Source: a virus
Taxonomy: Duplodnaviria > Caudoviricetes
IMG/VR virus record: IMGVR_UViG_3300047157_000186
DNA: 64,000 nucleotides
Direction: 5' to 3' (one strand)
The notes below the pieces were generated by a model, which searched no databases, had not been told where the DNA came from, and saw only the letters and a program-made list of their open reading frames with translations. A program made the position numbers and the translations under genes. Positions 27,313 through 36,227 of the stretch are shown in pieces (within the stretch, counting starts at the first letter, position 1; each line of letters starts with the position of its first letter).

Positions 27313-27491
27313 TAATAGAAGTAGATAAGGGAAATATAGAGAAGGCACTGAAACAATATAAAAGAAAGGTTAGAAATACTAAACAAATAAATCACTTAAG
27401 AGATCAACAAGATTTCACCAAGCCATCAGCAAAGAAACGTCTTAAGATGCAAAAAGCCAAGTACTTACAATCTAAAAATCAACCGGAATGA
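27306..27491 (+). CDS. rpsU: ribosomal protein bS21 (phage-encoded)
   Basis: MLII.V..GNIEKALKQYKRK...LR....FTKPSAKKR...QKAKYLQ matches the Bacteroidia-type bS21 pattern. Confidence 0.9.
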   Translation: MLIIEVDKGNIEKALKQYKRKVRNTKQINHLRDQQDFTKPSAKKRLKMQKAKYLQSKNQPE

Positions 27492-27604
27492 TATATTAAT
27501 AAATTATCCTAATATATTGATTCAATTTCTATATTAGGTAAATCGTATATTAATATATACAAAGGAGCAACTAAGTTGCAACTAAAAACAAAAGGTAATT
27601 TAAG

Positions 27605-27865
27605 ATGGCAGGCTTTATTTCAAGTTCAGATAAAGATAGTTTGATGAGAGCTAGTTATTACCAGATAACTAGAAATTTTACTAAGACAGTAAATAGATTC
27701 ATCGCATTCAAGGATACAGATCGTATCGTTGAAATTCCTCATGGAATAAAACAGCGTTCTAAATTTATTGACCTAATGATCAAATACTTCGAATCATTAG
27801 AAGAGTACGAAAAATGTACTAAGCTGGTAAAACTAAAAGAACTTGTCATAATGGCAGGGGATTAA
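27605..27865 (+). CDS. hypothetical protein with C-terminal UVR-like motif
   Basis: MIKYFESLEEYEKCTKLVKLK. Confidence 0.7.
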   Translation: MAGFISSSDKDSLMRASYYQITRNFTKTVNRFIAFKDTDRIVEIPHGIKQRSKFIDLMIKYFESLEEYEKCTKLVKLKELVIMAGD

Positions 27866-27884
27866 TTATAAAAACAATTATTAA

Positions 27885-28592
27885 ATGAGTAGAGGAACAG
27901 AAAAGCAAACAAGACAATCTAAAAACGGAACAATAGATTCCGGATTAAAACGAGTTACACTTAGACAATCCCAACATAAATACGTAAAACAAATAGAAGA
28001 AAACGAAATAACATTTTGCTACGGTCCAGCAGGAACATCAAAAACATTTACGGCATGTTTCGTAGCACTTAAATTACTACAAGAAAAGAAAATAAAAGAA
28101 ATTATCCTTTGTAAACCAATACAAGAAGCAGGTGAAAAGTTAGGATTTTTACCAGGAACAAAAGAAGAAAAGATCGACCCTTATATGAATTCGTATATTT
28201 CGAATATCACTAAAATAGTAGGAGGTCAACAAGCAAAATATTTATTTGATAGCAAAACAATTAGATTTGAGCCACTTGCATACATGAGAGGTGATACGTT
28301 TGATGATGCTCTTATGGTTTTAGATGAAGCACAAAATGCAACATTTAAACAATTAATGTTATTTGTAACTAGAATGGGTAAATCAAGTAAAGTTGTAGTT
28401 ACAGGTGATGTCAGCCAACATGATATTGCTAAACAACATGTAGGTTTACCAGGATTCATAGAGATTATGCAGGGTGTAAAAGGAATTGGTGTACATATAT
28501 TTAGTAATAAAGATATTGTAAGAGCTAAGATCTTACAGGAAGTTGTACAGAGATACGATGAATGGAAATCAAAAAACGAAAACAAATTTTAG
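27885..28592 (+). CDS. phoH: PhoH-family ATPase
   Basis: GPAGTSKT Walker A, GEKLGFLPG, PLAYMRG, LDEAQN, GDVSQHD. Confidence 0.95.
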   Translation: MSRGTEKQTRQSKNGTIDSGLKRVTLRQSQHKYVKQIEENEITFCYGPAGTSKTFTACFVALKLLQEKKIKEIILCKPIQEAGEKLGFLPGTKEEKIDPYMNSYISNITKIVGGQQAKYLFDSKTIRFEPLAYMRGDTFDDALMVLDEAQNATFKQLMLFVTRMGKSSKVVVTGDVSQHDIAKQHVGLPGFIEIMQGVKGIGVHIFSNKDIVRAKILQEVVQRYDEWKSKNENKF

Positions 28593-28636
28593 AAACATTT
28601 TAATGATTCCGTATATAAGTACTAAACATACTATAT

Positions 28637-29272
28637 ATGGAATCATATCAAATCTTATTAAAGCACAGCCACTCAGGAAATCCAGACATAACTGAAATCG
28701 GATTAGACGAAGCTGGAAGAGGTGCTTTATCAGGGCCAGTAACCGTAGCAGCATGTATCATGCCATATGGATTTCAACACGAACTTGTTAAAGACTCAAA
28801 ATTATTAAGTGAGCCCCAAAGAGTAGCTGCAAGACAATTGGTTTTAGATAACTGTATTGCATACTCTATTAAACACGTCAGTGTTGAAGACATTGAAAAT
28901 ACTAATATTTTAAAAGCAACATTAGAAGGTATGCGCAGGTGCCTAGAAGATGTAAAGGATAATTTAATTGATTTTGATTTTATTCTTGTAGACGGAGATC
29001 AATTCCATGGATTTGATGGAATTCCATTTGAAACAGTAGTAGGTGGAGATAATACATATGTATCAATTGCTGCGGCTTCTATTCTGGCCAAAACAGAAAG
29101 AGACTTGCTTATGAAAGAATTAAGCACTGATTTTCCAGCATATGGTTGGGGGTCAAACAAAGGATATGGTACTAAACAACATAGAGATGCTATATTAAGT
29201 GAAGGTGCTACACCTCATCATAGAAATTCCTTTATAAGCCATATGTTAACTAAAACCAACACATTATTTTGA
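28637..29272 (+). CDS. rnhB: ribonuclease HII
   Basis: GLDEAGRGALSGPV, VKDSKLL, LVDG, SIAAASILAK, NKGYGT..H. Confidence 0.95.
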   Translation: MESYQILLKHSHSGNPDITEIGLDEAGRGALSGPVTVAACIMPYGFQHELVKDSKLLSEPQRVAARQLVLDNCIAYSIKHVSVEDIENTNILKATLEGMRRCLEDVKDNLIDFDFILVDGDQFHGFDGIPFETVVGGDNTYVSIAAASILAKTERDLLMKELSTDFPAYGWGSNKGYGTKQHRDAILSEGATPHHRNSFISHMLTKTNTLF

Positions 29273-29613
29273 GAGGATTATTAATAGGAATGTTATTGTT
29301 CCTTGGTGGACAAACATTAATTTGGTTTCAAACAAACGGTCAATTTATAAATCCTTGGATGAAGAAAAATCCACTAGCGATCAGTATCTTGGGAGGTACA
29401 ATTATTAGTTATATGTTTATTAAAGCAACTGCACTAATTGCGGGTTATTATGACGGAGCGTTATGGCCAGGAAGATTTATAGGATTTTCAATGGGCATAA
29501 CATCATTTGCGTTTTTAACATGGTACTTTTTAAATGAAGGTATTAATATTAAAACTGCAGTTTCTTTGTGTTTAGCATTCGCACTTATTTCAGTACAATT
29601 ATTCTGGAAATGA
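29269..29613 (+). CDS. small multi-pass membrane protein
   Basis: About four hydrophobic segments in 114 aa. Confidence 0.7.
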   Translation: MRGLLIGMLLFLGGQTLIWFQTNGQFINPWMKKNPLAISILGGTIISYMFIKATALIAGYYDGALWPGRFIGFSMGITSFAFLTWYFLNEGINIKTAVSLCLAFALISVQLFWK

Positions 29614-29864
29614 AGAAATTAAAATTACCTTGGTTAGAAAATGATAAACCTACAAATGTAGTAGTTTATAGAAAACAAAAGAATAGTAGCACATACTATA
29701 TGATTGTCACCAATATTCACGTTGACGTTATTAATAACGGAAGAGCAACGAAACCAATCGTAGATCATAAATATGAAATTGTAGAATTAGGAATAGGTTT
29801 TAATTTCATAGAGGAATGGGCTAGAAAATATAATATAAAAACCCCAAAGGTTTTAGTTAAATAA
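29610..29864 (+). CDS. hypothetical protein
   Basis: ATG 29610 overlapping the upstream TGA (ATGA) is preferred over the track start at 29568. Confidence 0.65.
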   Translation: MKKLKLPWLENDKPTNVVVYRKQKNSSTYYMIVTNIHVDVINNGRATKPIVDHKYEIVELGIGFNFIEEWARKYNIKTPKVLVK

Positions 29865-29869
29865 ATTTT

Positions 29870-30097
29870 ATGAAAAGATCAATTAATATTATTAGCACTT
29901 GGATAGGTGTATTGTTAGGATTAGTTATAATAGCAACTGTATTAACAATACCAACACAATATTTATGGAACACGTGTTTAGTTCCAGCAATAGATGGCAT
30001 AAATGCTATAGGATTTTGGCAGGCATTAGGACTTAATGTGTTATCTACTATCTTATTTAAGGGTTCGGGTACTCCTAAAACTAATCCTGAAAAATAA
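29870..30097 (+). CDS. small membrane protein
   Basis: Two hydrophobic segments; IGFWQALGL motif. Confidence 0.65.
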   Translation: MKRSINIISTWIGVLLGLVIIATVLTIPTQYLWNTCLVPAIDGINAIGFWQALGLNVLSTILFKGSGTPKTNPEK

Positions 30098-30115
30098 ATT
30101 AAAAAAAGTGCTCTC

Positions 30116-30163
30116 AGATTTTTTTATGTCATTTATTTGTGGTATATTAGTACTATAATTAAA
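30116..30163 (+). promoter_or_regulatory. 48-bp conserved early-promoter-like element, copy 2
   Basis: AGATTTTTTTATGTCATTTATTTGTGGTATATTAGTACTATAATTAAA. Confidence 0.8.
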
Positions 30164-30174
30164 AAGCGAAAGAT

Positions 30175-30435
30175 ATGAGTTACACAAGATTTGACAGACA
30201 TAGCTGTTTTACTTCAGAAATGAGAACTATGACAATGGACATTATCAATGCCACTGAAAACGACGAGTTTACAAACATGGCCTATGGGCTTTTTGATGGA
30301 TATTTATATGATGCTCTTTTACCTAAAGCTATAAAATTAGGTGTGAGTAAAGATATAGAAAACAAAATCAAAGGCTTGATCAAAGCCATTGAGATGTATT
30401 TACTTTTAACAAAACCAACAATAAAAACCACATAA
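30175..30435 (+). CDS. hypothetical protein
   Basis: Open ORF directly behind promoter copy 2. Confidence 0.7.
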   Translation: MSYTRFDRHSCFTSEMRTMTMDIINATENDEFTNMAYGLFDGYLYDALLPKAIKLGVSKDIENKIKGLIKAIEMYLLLTKPTIKTT

Positions 30436-30436
30436 T

Positions 30437-30892
30437 ATGGCAACAAAGAAAATAATGTACTTGGATATGGACGGAGTATTAGTCGATATATTTAAAGCGT
30501 GCGAAACAAAATATGGTAAAGACTTAGTTCCAAATATAGGTGAAATTCTAGATGCAGATCCTGAATTATTCTATGAAGCTGAGCCAATTCCTGGAGCTAT
30601 TGAAGCTTTTAATAAATTAGTAGAAGTATTCGACGTTTATTTATTGACGACTGCACCATGGGAAAGTTTAGGTTCTGTTAAAGCAAAAAGATTATGGGTT
30701 AGAAAATACTTAGGTAAACCTGCTTATAAGAGAATTATAACTAGTCATCATAAAAACTTAATGATTGGCGATTATTTAATCGATGATAGAACTGCAAATG
30801 GTGCAGGAGAATTCAAAGGAGAATTAATTCAATTTGGTACAGAAAAATTCCCGAACTGGGAAGTTGTATTAGATTATTTAAAAGTTAACTAA
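30437..30892 (+). CDS. 5'(3')-deoxyribonucleotidase (NT5C, HAD family)
   Basis: YLDMDGVL, LTTAPW, KRLWVRKYLG, GDYLIDDR. Confidence 0.9.
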   Translation: MATKKIMYLDMDGVLVDIFKACETKYGKDLVPNIGEILDADPELFYEAEPIPGAIEAFNKLVEVFDVYLLTTAPWESLGSVKAKRLWVRKYLGKPAYKRIITSHHKNLMIGDYLIDDRTANGAGEFKGELIQFGTEKFPNWEVVLDYLKVN

Positions 30893-30893
30893 A

Positions 30894-31136
30894 ATGATAT
30901 TTAAAGAAAACACAGACGTGTTGTTTGACACACACAAAAAAACAAATAAGATTACATTATCTTGTACTAACGAAGTACAAATTGAAGGTGCTAGGAATTT
31001 CATAGAAAATTTTAGAAGTTGGTTATCATGTTTCGAATGTGAAGATGAAGTACAAACAGATTTATTAAAACAAATAATAGATGATGTTGAAATTACTTTT
31101 AGAAAGAAGTACCAGGAAATTGTTCGTAACTTTTAA
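30894..31136 (+). CDS. hypothetical protein
   Basis: Open ORF tightly coupled to the upstream gene. Confidence 0.6.
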   Translation: MIFKENTDVLFDTHKKTNKITLSCTNEVQIEGARNFIENFRSWLSCFECEDEVQTDLLKQIIDDVEITFRKKYQEIVRNF

Positions 31137-31150
31137 AAATAAATCACACC

Positions 31151-31198
31151 AGATTTTTTTATGTCAAATATTTGTGGTATATTAGTAGTATAATTAAA
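31151..31198 (+). promoter_or_regulatory. 48-bp conserved early-promoter-like element, copy 3
   Basis: AGATTTTTTTATGTCAAATATTTGTGGTATATTAGTAGTATAATTAAA. Confidence 0.8.
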
Positions 31199-31208
31199 AG
31201 TTAAAAAT

Positions 31209-31607
31209 ATGAATAAATTTAATGTAAATGAAGTAAGGTGTAACGGAGTCGGTGGCTCAGGTTACCAAGCAGTTCTTAAACACAAAGACGCAATCCAAGG
31301 GATTTGTCAAGATGTTAGAGATCTTATAGGTATTGAAAAACTATGGGAACTAGCAACGGCAGAACCTAATGTTGATTATCATCAAGGAACAAGATTTAAT
31401 TCTGTAGAAGATAATGCGTATAGACTTATTACTGGAATTGCAAACCACGTCTCGGAATACATTCCAACAAGTGAATTGATCGAGATGCACGTAGGAGCTA
31501 TTTTACCGATGTTAACTATGGAAGAAAAGGTAACACTTGTTGCTGATGCATGTAGAGATTGCGCTAGCGCAGATCATTGGTACACTTTCGAAAAAGATTG
31601 GGGATAA
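31209..31607 (+). CDS. hypothetical protein
   Basis: Open ORF directly behind promoter copy 3. Confidence 0.7.
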   Translation: MNKFNVNEVRCNGVGGSGYQAVLKHKDAIQGICQDVRDLIGIEKLWELATAEPNVDYHQGTRFNSVEDNAYRLITGIANHVSEYIPTSELIEMHVGAILPMLTMEEKVTLVADACRDCASADHWYTFEKDWG

Positions 31608-31608
31608 G

Positions 31609-31821
31609 ATGACTATTGAAGAAAGATACGATCGTATAGACTCTGCACCATACGTTATATTTCAAGACGATAAAACAGTACACACTGTTGAAAGTATAGA
31701 AATATTTGAAGACATGGTTATTGTAGAAACAAATACAGGTTGGTTATTTAACGATATGGATTTATTTACCCTAGAGGAAATGGTAGATATCGAAGAAAAA
31801 ATAAAAGATTTATTAAAATAA
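31609..31821 (+). CDS. hypothetical acidic protein
   Basis: ATG 31609, 1 nt after the upstream stop, is preferred over the track start at 31537. Confidence 0.65.
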   Translation: MTIEERYDRIDSAPYVIFQDDKTVHTVESIEIFEDMVIVETNTGWLFNDMDLFTLEEMVDIEEKIKDLLK

Positions 31822-31829
31822 ACGCACAA

Positions 31830-31877
31830 ATACTTTTTTATGTCAAATATTTGTGGTATATTAGTAGTATAATTAAA
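31830..31877 (+). promoter_or_regulatory. 48-bp conserved early-promoter-like element, copy 4 (5' end diverged)
   Basis: TTTTTTATGTCAAATATTTGTGGTATATTAGTAGTATAATTAAA. Confidence 0.8.
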
Positions 31878-31887
31878 AGCAAAAGAA

Positions 31888-32355
31888 ATGAAAAAAGTAA
31901 TATTTGATTTAGACGGAACTTTGGCTCTCATCGATAAGCGAAGAGCTATTTCTACAAAAGACAATGGAAAAATAGATTGGGATACATTCTTTGATCCTAA
32001 GAACATTGATCTTGACCAACCACATGATGCTGTAATTAAGATGGCACAAATGTTAGATGCAGCTGGACACATGATTGTTATTTTTAGTGGAAGATCTAAA
32101 GCCACTAAAGATGCTACTACAGCTTGGTTAAAAAAGTTTGATGTACCATTTAATGTATTGAAAATGAGACCAACTGGTAAAGATTTTAAGTTTATGCCAG
32201 ACGATGATCTTAAAAAGAAATGGTTTAACGACTTATTTCCAACACAAGATCATGTTGACGATGTAGTTTGTGTATTTGACGATAGACAAAAAGTAGTTGA
32301 TATGTGGAGAGATATGGGTTTAACTTGTATGCAAGTTGCACCTGGTAATTTTTAA
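31888..32355 (+). CDS. HAD phosphatase resembling the 3'-phosphatase domain of T4 polynucleotide kinase (PseT)
   Basis: VIFDLDGTLA, IFSGR, LKMRP...DDDLKK, VFDDRQKVVDMWR. Confidence 0.85.
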   Translation: MKKVIFDLDGTLALIDKRRAISTKDNGKIDWDTFFDPKNIDLDQPHDAVIKMAQMLDAAGHMIVIFSGRSKATKDATTAWLKKFDVPFNVLKMRPTGKDFKFMPDDDLKKKWFNDLFPTQDHVDDVVCVFDDRQKVVDMWRDMGLTCMQVAPGNF

Positions 32356-32366
32356 AATAAAACAAT

Positions 32367-32651
32367 ATGAAATTCAAAGATTTAAAATTTAAGAAACAAC
32401 ATCACGGTGGCATCGGAGCTACTGCAAAATTTAAAGATGTTACAGTAAGTATTCAAGCTGGTAAGTTTGTTTACAGTACTCCACGCGAGGACTTAAGTAG
32501 TGCTAGTAAATTCAGTTCATTCGAAGTTGCTATATGGGAGAATTCTGAGGAAGGAAGTTTTGTCACTGATAAGTTTTTAGACACTAATGACGAAGTTGCT
32601 GGATGGACTGGTAAAGATGACATCGATAATCTTTTACAGAAACTAAGTTAA
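32367..32651 (+). CDS. hypothetical protein
   Basis: Open ORF; FEVAI...EVAGW pattern typical of small phage proteins. Confidence 0.7.
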   Translation: MKFKDLKFKKQHHGGIGATAKFKDVTVSIQAGKFVYSTPREDLSSASKFSSFEVAIWENSEEGSFVTDKFLDTNDEVAGWTGKDDIDNLLQKLS

Positions 32652-32881
32652 TGGGAATAGAAGGATTATTTTTAACAATTTTCTTAGGAGCATTTGCATT
32701 CGTAATGGGATGGATGAAAGGATGTGAAGACGAGCAATCGAGAATTAGAGAAGCTTTCAGATCTGAGGACTACACATATAGTGGGTTTTTAGATGTTCTA
32801 GAAAAATACGAACAAGAGAAAGAAGCTGCTAGATATTGGGCTAAACACGAAAAAAAGAAAAGAAAAAGAAAAAACAAATAA
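32651..32881 (+). CDS. hypothetical protein with N-terminal transmembrane segment
   Basis: Hydrophobic N-terminus, basic C-terminus. Confidence 0.65.
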   Translation: MGIEGLFLTIFLGAFAFVMGWMKGCEDEQSRIREAFRSEDYTYSGFLDVLEKYEQEKEAARYWAKHEKKKRKRKNK

Positions 32882-32882
32882 T

Positions 32883-33245
32883 ATGATTAAGGATATACAA
32901 CCTCAAATTCCCTTAACCAAAGACGAAAGGGGTAATTTACAAATTGACAACGAATTCGTAGATCTTTTTTATAAAGAAACCGAAAGAAATTGGAAACTAG
33001 TAAGAGAGCGAGATGGTATGACTAAGTATTCGAGAGATGTATTATGGGTGGAGTGGCAAGAAGATGGTACATTTAAGGAGCAGTTTAAGGAGATTGCAAT
33101 AGGAAGAAGTTTGATTATGTCACCATTCAATGAATATTATACGTGGATGACAACAGTGTTAACAGAGATTTTAGGATCTGATGAAACTTTTGTTAAATTT
33201 AGAACTAACAATTCAATATACACATTATACAAAACAAATGAGTAG
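32883..33245 (+). CDS. hypothetical protein
   Basis: Open ORF in operon context. Confidence 0.7.
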   Translation: MIKDIQPQIPLTKDERGNLQIDNEFVDLFYKETERNWKLVRERDGMTKYSRDVLWVEWQEDGTFKEQFKEIAIGRSLIMSPFNEYYTWMTTVLTEILGSDETFVKFRTNNSIYTLYKTNE

Positions 33246-33831
33246 ACAATTTACATGGTGGCGCAGATTTCACGGAGTTGTTAAATTGCCCAAGAAATAT
33301 TTATTTAAAGGTGCAAGTGAGCTTCAACAAAGAATAGAATTTGGTGAATATGAATTCAATCATTTGGGCAGAGAAGTATACTTAGAAGAAAGTATTTACG
33401 AAGCTAAAGTTGAGGCTATTAAAAAGGAAAGTCCTTGGTTAAATGGTGAAACTTTAATTGAAGCTATAGATTATGATAGAAAACAATATAATAAGCGTAA
33501 AGCTATTATGATGAAAAATCATTTAGAAACAGAGCAAAAACTTCTTTGGAAATTGGCTGAAGATTTAGCCAAGGAATTTGACATGACAAAAGAAGAAGTG
33601 TCAGATATAATGGAAATATTTGATGGCAGCACTAGAGATTTATATTTTAAATGTAAAAGTATTGCGTTAGGTAAAAAGTTTGATCCAGAAAAAATGCAAA
33701 GATTTGTCAACGAGCAACCTCGACACATTCTAAAACCTAAAGAAAGAAAATACATTAAGCTTTGGACTAAATTAATTAAAGAACATAATTGGAAAAGGTA
33801 TTTAAACTGGGAACAATTAAACAATTCATAA
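33238..33831 (+). CDS. hypothetical protein
   Basis: ATG 33238 overlapping the upstream gene end is preferred over 33181. Confidence 0.7.
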   Translation: MSRQFTWWRRFHGVVKLPKKYLFKGASELQQRIEFGEYEFNHLGREVYLEESIYEAKVEAIKKESPWLNGETLIEAIDYDRKQYNKRKAIMMKNHLETEQKLLWKLAEDLAKEFDMTKEEVSDIMEIFDGSTRDLYFKCKSIALGKKFDPEKMQRFVNEQPRHILKPKERKYIKLWTKLIKEHNWKRYLNWEQLNNS

Positions 33832-33849
33832 AAACCACATATAACTTAA

Positions 33850-34053
33850 GTGACTATTAACACACTTTCATATTATCTTTTATTTGGTGTCATTGTAAAT
33901 GCACTATATGATTTCTTAATTTCTACAATAGACAGAGAGGATTTAAGATTTAATATGCTAGAAAGAATTTTAGTGGGTCTCTTTTGGCCAGCATATTTGG
34001 TACTACTTACTATTAACTTTATAATAAACTATATAAATGGAAAAAACAAATAA
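33850..34053 (+). CDS. small membrane protein
   Basis: GTG start; two hydrophobic segments. Confidence 0.6.
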   Translation: MTINTLSYYLLFGVIVNALYDFLISTIDREDLRFNMLERILVGLFWPAYLVLLTINFIINYINGKNK

Positions 34054-34969
34054 TTACGGATATTGTTGTATCAATACTACTTTACAGAAATCTGAAAAAG
34101 TTACTACTAATCGTAGCATGATTAAACGTACGTTTGCAGCTAAAGGTATTGAGTATGCATCAGAGCTTGCATTATTAAATGTAAAAGATTTAGTTAAAGT
34201 AATTAATTGGAATAATCGTAATGGCATCAAACTCTTTCGTATTAGTTCTGACATGTTTCCATGGATGAGCGAGTATGAATTGTCTGATTTACCAGATTAC
34301 AATAAAATTGTGAATGTTCTTAAAGGTGCTGGTAAAATTGCAATGGATAATGGCCAACGTTTGACATTCCACCCTGGCCCATTCGATGTATTGGCATCGC
34401 TTACACAACGAGTAGTTGACAAATGTATTATTGATCTCAACAAACATGGTGAAATTATGGATTTACTTGGTTTACCAAGAGATCACTCTGCACCAATCAA
34501 TATACATGTCAATACCACACAAGGTGGTAAAGAAGAAGCAATGCAAAGATTTGTGGATAATTTCAAATTACTTGACGATTCTGTACGTACTCGATTAGTT
34601 GTAGAAAACGATGACAAAGAAAGTCAGTACACGACTGAAGATCTATACGAAGGCGTATTCAGTAAAGTTGGTGTTCCTATCACATTTGATTATCATCACC
34701 ATTGGTGCCATCCAGGTGTATTATCGCAAGAAGAAGCACTTAAACTTGCAGCTAAATCATGGCCAAAAGGTATCAAACAATTAGTACATTATTCTTCATG
34801 TCAACAATTACATGAAGACGAGACTCAAACGAATAAGCGTGCGCATGCAGATTATATTTATGAGTATATAGAAACATATGGCCTGTATCTGGATATTGAG
34901 TTAGAAGTAAAAGCAAAAGAATTGGCTCTACAAAAATATTTGAAACAATATCAATTAGAGTTAGTATAA
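34037..34969 (+). CDS. uvsE: UV damage endonuclease UvsE/UVDE
   Basis: GYCCIN, LFRISSD.FPW, RLTFHPGPFDVLAS, INIH, RLVVENDD, FDYHHH, HYS, HAD, ELEVKAKE. Confidence 0.95.
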   Translation: MEKTNNYGYCCINTTLQKSEKVTTNRSMIKRTFAAKGIEYASELALLNVKDLVKVINWNNRNGIKLFRISSDMFPWMSEYELSDLPDYNKIVNVLKGAGKIAMDNGQRLTFHPGPFDVLASLTQRVVDKCIIDLNKHGEIMDLLGLPRDHSAPINIHVNTTQGGKEEAMQRFVDNFKLLDDSVRTRLVVENDDKESQYTTEDLYEGVFSKVGVPITFDYHHHWCHPGVLSQEEALKLAAKSWPKGIKQLVHYSSCQQLHEDETQTNKRAHADYIYEYIETYGLYLDIELEVKAKELALQKYLKQYQLELV

Positions 34970-34988
34970 CCATTATAAAAATTAGTAT

Positions 34989-35195
34989 ATGAAAAAAATT
35001 AAAAATGTATTGAGAAAATTGTCTAACAGAGCAGTTGGTGTACAAGGAACATTATTCTTGGTATTTGCCATTGTATCATTAATTGCGGGCCAAGAATCTA
35101 CTAGATTTTGGATGTTTATGATAGCATCAATCGTATTTAGTGCATTACAGACAATCATTGATCAATTAAAAGAATTAAATAACAACAAATTATGA
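34989..35195 (+). CDS. small membrane protein
   Basis: Two hydrophobic segments. Confidence 0.6.
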   Translation: MKKIKNVLRKLSNRAVGVQGTLFLVFAIVSLIAGQESTRFWMFMIASIVFSALQTIIDQLKELNNNKL

Positions 35196-35437
35196 GTTTA
35201 AAAGTAGACGCTCTTAGAGCTAAGTATGTCGCTATGAGATTAGAGGCAATTGCAACATTAGAAGTGTATTCTAAAAATGCAGTGGGAATTGGTGAACACC
35301 CACAAGTCATTGAAGAAATGGATAAATTAGTAAGAACAGTAGCCGATGCAAATGGGTATATAGAAGTTCTAGATCAAATTTTCGTTGATAGCGATGAAGG
35401 TACACAAGTAGGCAAAACCGGTCAAGTAAACGGTTAA
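35192..35437 (+). CDS. hypothetical protein
   Basis: Helical protein with VGIGEHPQVIEEMDK. Confidence 0.7.
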   Translation: MSLKVDALRAKYVAMRLEAIATLEVYSKNAVGIGEHPQVIEEMDKLVRTVADANGYIEVLDQIFVDSDEGTQVGKTGQVNG

Positions 35438-35456
35438 CAAAGTCTCAACTAACCAT

Positions 35457-35489
35457 GAAAATGAGGTTCTAACGAACCTCATTTTTTTT
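35457..35489 (+). terminator. Rho-independent terminator
   Basis: AAAATGAGGTTC-TAAC-GAACCTCATTTT-TTTT. Confidence 0.9.
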
Positions 35490-35527
35490 GCTTTAAAGTG
35501 CAGTTAAATTTAAATGATATATAATAC

Positions 35528-36226
35528 ATGAAACATATTAGAACATATGAAAGTTTTATTGGTGAAGGAAGATCTGCATATGACGGATTAGCTTCTAAAT
35601 TAACTAAAGCTATATTCAATAAATGGGTTAAATCATATAAAGGCGGGAACGCTACAATAAATTATGGAGACCAAATTGAAGAGAGAGGTTTAGAGTTTGA
35701 TATTGAAGCTACTATTGATATTGATAAAAAATATGAAGGATTTCAAGTATTAGATTCAACAGGTGCCGATGGCAGAGACGATGATGATCACGGTGACTTT
35801 CAAACACCTTATATTATTATAGACTTTGCTTTAAATCCTGAGTGGATTCCAGGAGAATGGTCAACAGTATATTTTCATTTAGCGGATGTTGTTCGCCATG
35901 AAATGGAACATATTACACAAGATGGGATTGACACTGGAAATTACAGAAACGGCAAACCTAATGAAGACGATAGTGAACTAAGAGCCTATATAAAAATGGG
36001 ACTTTTACCAAAATCTCAATATCTAATGTTACCTAAAGAGGTAGATGCTAATTTACAAGGATTAAGATATGAGGCTAAGAAGAGAAAAGAAAACATGAGT
36101 GATACTGTTCGTAGATATTTAGATACGCAACAGGAACAGGGTGTTATTAACGACGAAGAAAGAGAACAAGTATTAGATCTTTGGAGACGAAGAGCAGCAA
36201 AAATAGGAGGTATACCTAAATTTTAA
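35528..36226 (+). CDS. zincin-like (HExxH) protein with N-terminal leader
   Basis: VVRHEMEHITQ and a downstream E (PKEVDA); N-terminus MKHIRTYESFIGE; GATATATA at 35516-35523. Confidence 0.65.
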   Translation: MKHIRTYESFIGEGRSAYDGLASKLTKAIFNKWVKSYKGGNATINYGDQIEERGLEFDIEATIDIDKKYEGFQVLDSTGADGRDDDDHGDFQTPYIIIDFALNPEWIPGEWSTVYFHLADVVRHEMEHITQDGIDTGNYRNGKPNEDDSELRAYIKMGLLPKSQYLMLPKEVDANLQGLRYEAKKRKENMSDTVRRYLDTQQEQGVINDEEREQVLDLWRRRAAKIGGIPKF

Positions 36227-36227
36227 T

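Noticed and set aside
27508-27538. Imperfect AT-rich hairpin (CCTAATATA...TATATTAGG) after bS21 as a structured RNA
   Set aside because: Weak AT-only stem with no recognisable riboswitch or tRNA features; plausible by chance.
25211-31877. 48-bp repeats as a CRISPR array
   Set aside because: Copies are 0.7-4.9 kb apart with whole genes between them, and each sits just before an ATG.
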